From NCBI GenBank assembly GCA_022566715.1, contig JADFIH010000002.1, positions 1 to 58,519 of the forward strand: 58,519 nt of DNA, read 5' to 3'. The position numbers and the translations under genes were made by a program. Below are positions 56,417 to 58,519 of this stretch, piece after piece (position 1 is the first letter of the stretch; every line of letters begins with the position of its first letter). The stretch is from Pseudomonadota bacterium (GTDB lineage Bacteria; Pseudomonadota; Alphaproteobacteria; SHVP01). The notes below the pieces were generated by a model. It saw only the letters and a program-made list of their open reading frames with translations, was not told where the DNA came from and searched no databases.

Positions 56417-56662
56417 GTGCCCCGCGTCTTTCTCTCCGGCAATCTGAAGAAGCTCGCCGGGGGCGCCGAGGAAATCGACGTCGAGGCGGCCGATATCCGC
56501 CAACTCCTGCGCGTCCTCGGTGAACGTTTTCCCGATATGCGGCCCCATCTGGAGCAAGGCATCGCCGTGGCGGTCGACGGCGAAATCTATCAGGACGGCT
56601 GGCTCGAACCCATTGCACCGGACAGCGAGGTCCACTTGCTGCCCCGCCTCGGCGGCGGGTAG
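56417..56662 (+). CDS. MoaD/ThiS-family ubiquitin-like beta-grasp protein ending in Gly-Gly-Gly
   Basis: 81 aa from GTG 56417: VPRVFLSGNLKKLAGGAEEIDVEAADIRQLLRVLGERFP...EVHLLPRLGGG*. The size and C-terminal GG are typical of sulfur-carrier proteins. Confidence 0.65.
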   Translation: MPRVFLSGNLKKLAGGAEEIDVEAADIRQLLRVLGERFPDMRPHLEQGIAVAVDGEIYQDGWLEPIAPDSEVHLLPRLGGG

Positions 56663-56819
56663 GGCGCGATCGAGACCCTCGAGACGAACCTGAAGACGTA
56701 CCGTCCGATCCCGAAAAGCCGGCGGCAATCGTGAGCCGGTCTCACTGAATTTTCTGGAGGCTTCACGGTCCCGAGCGCGCGGCGGCCCGACCGGCCGCTG
56801 GCGTGGCGGTGAACCGGAA

Positions 56820-56967
56820 CTAGAGCGTTTCCGACTTGGTCGGAACCACTCCAGCTTTTCGCCGCTCACGGCCGCGGGCCGGAAGGTCCGCGCCTGCGCG
56901 GGCGCGCCGGATAACCGGCGGGCCGCCATGCGGCCTTGAGCGATTCCAGGTGAACTGGAAACGCTCA
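56820..56967 (+). repeat. mosaic intergenic repeat, copy 3
   Basis: Hairpin A is ctagagcgtttccgacttggtcggaaccactccag. The 38-nt core is identical. The second hairpin is ttgagcgattccag-gtgaa-ctggaaacgctcaa. Confidence 0.85.
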
Positions 56968-57077
56968 AACACCGTTTTTCCCTGGCCTTTCCGGACCGGC
57001 CGAAGTCATGTCCAACTTGATCCGGTTGCGAAAATTCGCGTAGACATTGAGGGTGGGGCCAGAATCGGAGGTGCGGC

Positions 57078-58160
57078 GTGGAAACAAAATCGGCGGACCC
57101 GGGCGGACGGAGGCCGTTTCGCGTTATTGGGGCCGTTCTGCTGGGCCTCCTCGTTGCGGCCTGTCAGGCGGGGTTGCGCGCCGACGATATTGACGAGAAT
57201 TTGAAGGTGTTTTCCACGGAACTCGAAGAACGTTTTCTCGCGCCGGCGGGTTGGGAATGGGGCGCCTTCGTGAACGCGGATGGCGCCCGAATTCGCTATG
57301 GCCATGCCGCGCCCGCGGAGGGCGCGATCGCGACGGTGGTTCTCGTCCCGGGCGCCGGGGAATTCGGCGAGAAATACTTCGAGGCCACTCGGGATTTGCT
57401 GTCGCGCGGCTATGCCGTCTGGCAAATGGATTGGCGCGGCCAGGGCGGGTCCGAACGCTACTACGACGATCCGCAAAGGCGCGGGGCGGCCGGCTACGAC
57501 CGCGACGTGGCCGACCTGCATCAGTTCGTCACTGAAATCGTGAGGCCGCCTCGGGACCGCCCCGTCATCCTGCTCGCCCACTCCAAAGGCGGCCACATCG
57601 GATTGCGTTATTTGCACGACCACCCCGCGACCTTCGATTTCGCGGCCATGACGGCGCCGATGCTGAACATCAACACCGGCGACACACCCCGGCCCATGGC
57701 CAAGGTTCTTGCCACGTCCGGCGATGCGCTGGGTTTAGGCGTCAGGTATGTTCCCGGCCAAGGCCCGTGGGCGCCGGAGCCCGAGACGGTCGAGGACAGT
57801 GACGTTTCGCAAGACCCCGTCCGCTATTCCGTGAGCAGGACTTGGCAGATTCGCAACCCGGAGCTTCGGTTGGGCGGCATGTCCTACAGGTGGCTTGCCA
57901 ACGCCTTCCGCTCCATCAAACTCCTCAACGACTCGGTCTATTTGGGGGCCATCGAGACGCCCGTCCTGATAGTAATGGCGGGCCAGGAAGAACTCGTCGA
58001 CCTTCCCGCGCAGTATCGCGCCTGCTTTCTGATGCACGACTGCACAGGGGTGACGATCGAGGGTGCAAAGCACGAGATCTGGATGGAACGGGACGAGTAC
58101 CGCGACGTATGGCTCGCCGCGTTCGACAAGTTCGCCGCCGAGCGCGGCACCGCGCGGTGA
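57078..58160 (+). CDS. alpha/beta hydrolase (lysophospholipase/monoglyceride-lipase-like), probable lipoprotein
   Basis: Lipobox-like LLVAAC after a basic N-terminus. Also VVLVPGAGE and the nucleophile elbow LLAHSKGGH. GTG start. Confidence 0.8.
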   Translation: METKSADPGGRRPFRVIGAVLLGLLVAACQAGLRADDIDENLKVFSTELEERFLAPAGWEWGAFVNADGARIRYGHAAPAEGAIATVVLVPGAGEFGEKYFEATRDLLSRGYAVWQMDWRGQGGSERYYDDPQRRGAAGYDRDVADLHQFVTEIVRPPRDRPVILLAHSKGGHIGLRYLHDHPATFDFAAMTAPMLNINTGDTPRPMAKVLATSGDALGLGVRYVPGQGPWAPEPETVEDSDVSQDPVRYSVSRTWQIRNPELRLGGMSYRWLANAFRSIKLLNDSVYLGAIETPVLIVMAGQEELVDLPAQYRACFLMHDCTGVTIEGAKHEIWMERDEYRDVWLAAFDKFAAERGTAR

Positions 58161-58226
58161 GAGAGCCGTTGGTTCGTGCCGCTCCGGGCCTGCGCGGCCG
58201 GAGGGCGGCGTGTTGCTCGCGGCGGC

Positions 58227-58397
58227 TTAGAGTGTTTCCGACTTTATCGGAACCACTCTAGCTTTTATCGCTCACGGCTGCGGACCGGCCCATCTCGGAT
58301 GAATTAAGGATGGCCGCGCCTGCGCGGGCGCGCCGGATAACCGGCGGGCCGCCTCGCGGCCCTGGGCGACTCCAGTTGAACTGGAAACGCCCTAGAG
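58227..58397 (+). repeat. mosaic intergenic repeat, copy 4 (carries the ~20-nt insert as in copy 1)
   Basis: Hairpin A is ttagagtgtttccgactttatcggaaccactctag. The 38-nt core is identical. It ends ...ccagttgaactggaaacgccctagag and is followed by a further partial ctagagtctttccgtttcat arm. Confidence 0.85.
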
Positions 58398-58519
58398 TCT
58401 TTCCGTTTCATATTGAAGCATAGCCAGAATTTCTGATGTAGTTTGCGCATTCTTGCGGAGAGAAGCACTCGAGGAGTTTTCCGATGCGCCGCCATGTTGC
58501 GTCGATGGTTCTTTCATCG

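Noticed and set aside
54034-56562. Very long antisense or alternate-frame ORFs from the track. Examples: 54034-56562 (-, 842 aa), 15942-17417 (-), 49387-50799 (-), 7249-8877 (-), 5280-6296 (-), 2037-3161 (-), 29616-30500 (+), 34075-35088 (+).
   Set aside because: All lie opposite or out of frame to genes with clear catalytic motifs. Their translations are Arg/Ala/Gly/Pro-rich with no recognisable motifs. This is the expected behaviour of shadow ORFs in high-GC DNA.
1-58519. Search for mobile-element, prophage, CRISPR-Cas, restriction-modification, toxin-antitoxin or other defence modules.
   Set aside because: No transposase, integrase, recombinase, phage structural gene, nuclease/helicase/ATPase defence-type gene or small paired TA-like ORFs could be recognised in any frame. 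The only mobility footprints are non-autonomous repeats and the 97-bp direct repeat.

Overview
High-GC 58.5-kb chromosomal segment. The gene content (PleC/CckA-like PAS kinases, lutABC, preTA, a BHMT-like gene) and the many 'ctagag...ctctag' hairpin repeats suggest an alphaproteobacterium; this is inference. I can support about 50 protein-coding genes. I found no rRNA, tRNA, CRISPR array, transposase, integrase, phage gene or recognisable defence gene.

Gene order, left to right:
- partial DehI-like gene
- GldA/F/G-like ABC-2 transporter plus a DUF4340-like gene
- family III CoA-transferase plus lutABC
- a convergent pair of paralogous ~380-aa SAM methyltransferases
- a secreted 8-bladed PQQ-like propeller
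- a probable 7-gene operon (SDR, NQO-like flavoprotein, NMT1-type ABC importer with an embedded cysteine hydrolase, acyl-CoA ligase) facing an FAD flavoprotein
- a ~9-kb signalling block: a multi-PAS kinase followed by REC-HD-GYP, facing a TM/multi-PAS kinase and a REC-PAS kinase
- a BadI/MenB-like crotonase
- a 968-aa secreted chimera of FecR domain, acidic linker and TbpB-like barrel
- pncA, an MFS transporter, a desaturase-like gene plus a Sel1-like protein, and csp plus a small repeat protein
- a HAMP/PAS kinase
- an OYE, BHMT-like and DAO-type oxidase operon
- preT-preA and a NUDIX gene
- a TetR + DUF1330 islet
- a three-subunit molybdenum hydroxylase followed by a MoaD-like GG protein
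- a lipoprotein alpha/beta hydrolase

The non-coding structure is rich: a ~150-170-bp mosaic repeat in four same-orientation copies, several long hairpin elements, a 97-bp direct repeat bracketing the islet, and 18/36-bp tandem repeats.

I did not find a self-evidently novel multi-gene system. The best follow-up candidates are the FecR/TbpB-like chimera, the repeat-bracketed TetR/DUF1330 islet, the kinase/HD-GYP block with a shared PAS module, the molybdenum hydroxylase plus MoaD-like gene, and the convergent methyltransferase pair. All family assignments come from motif recognition by eye, not from database searches.
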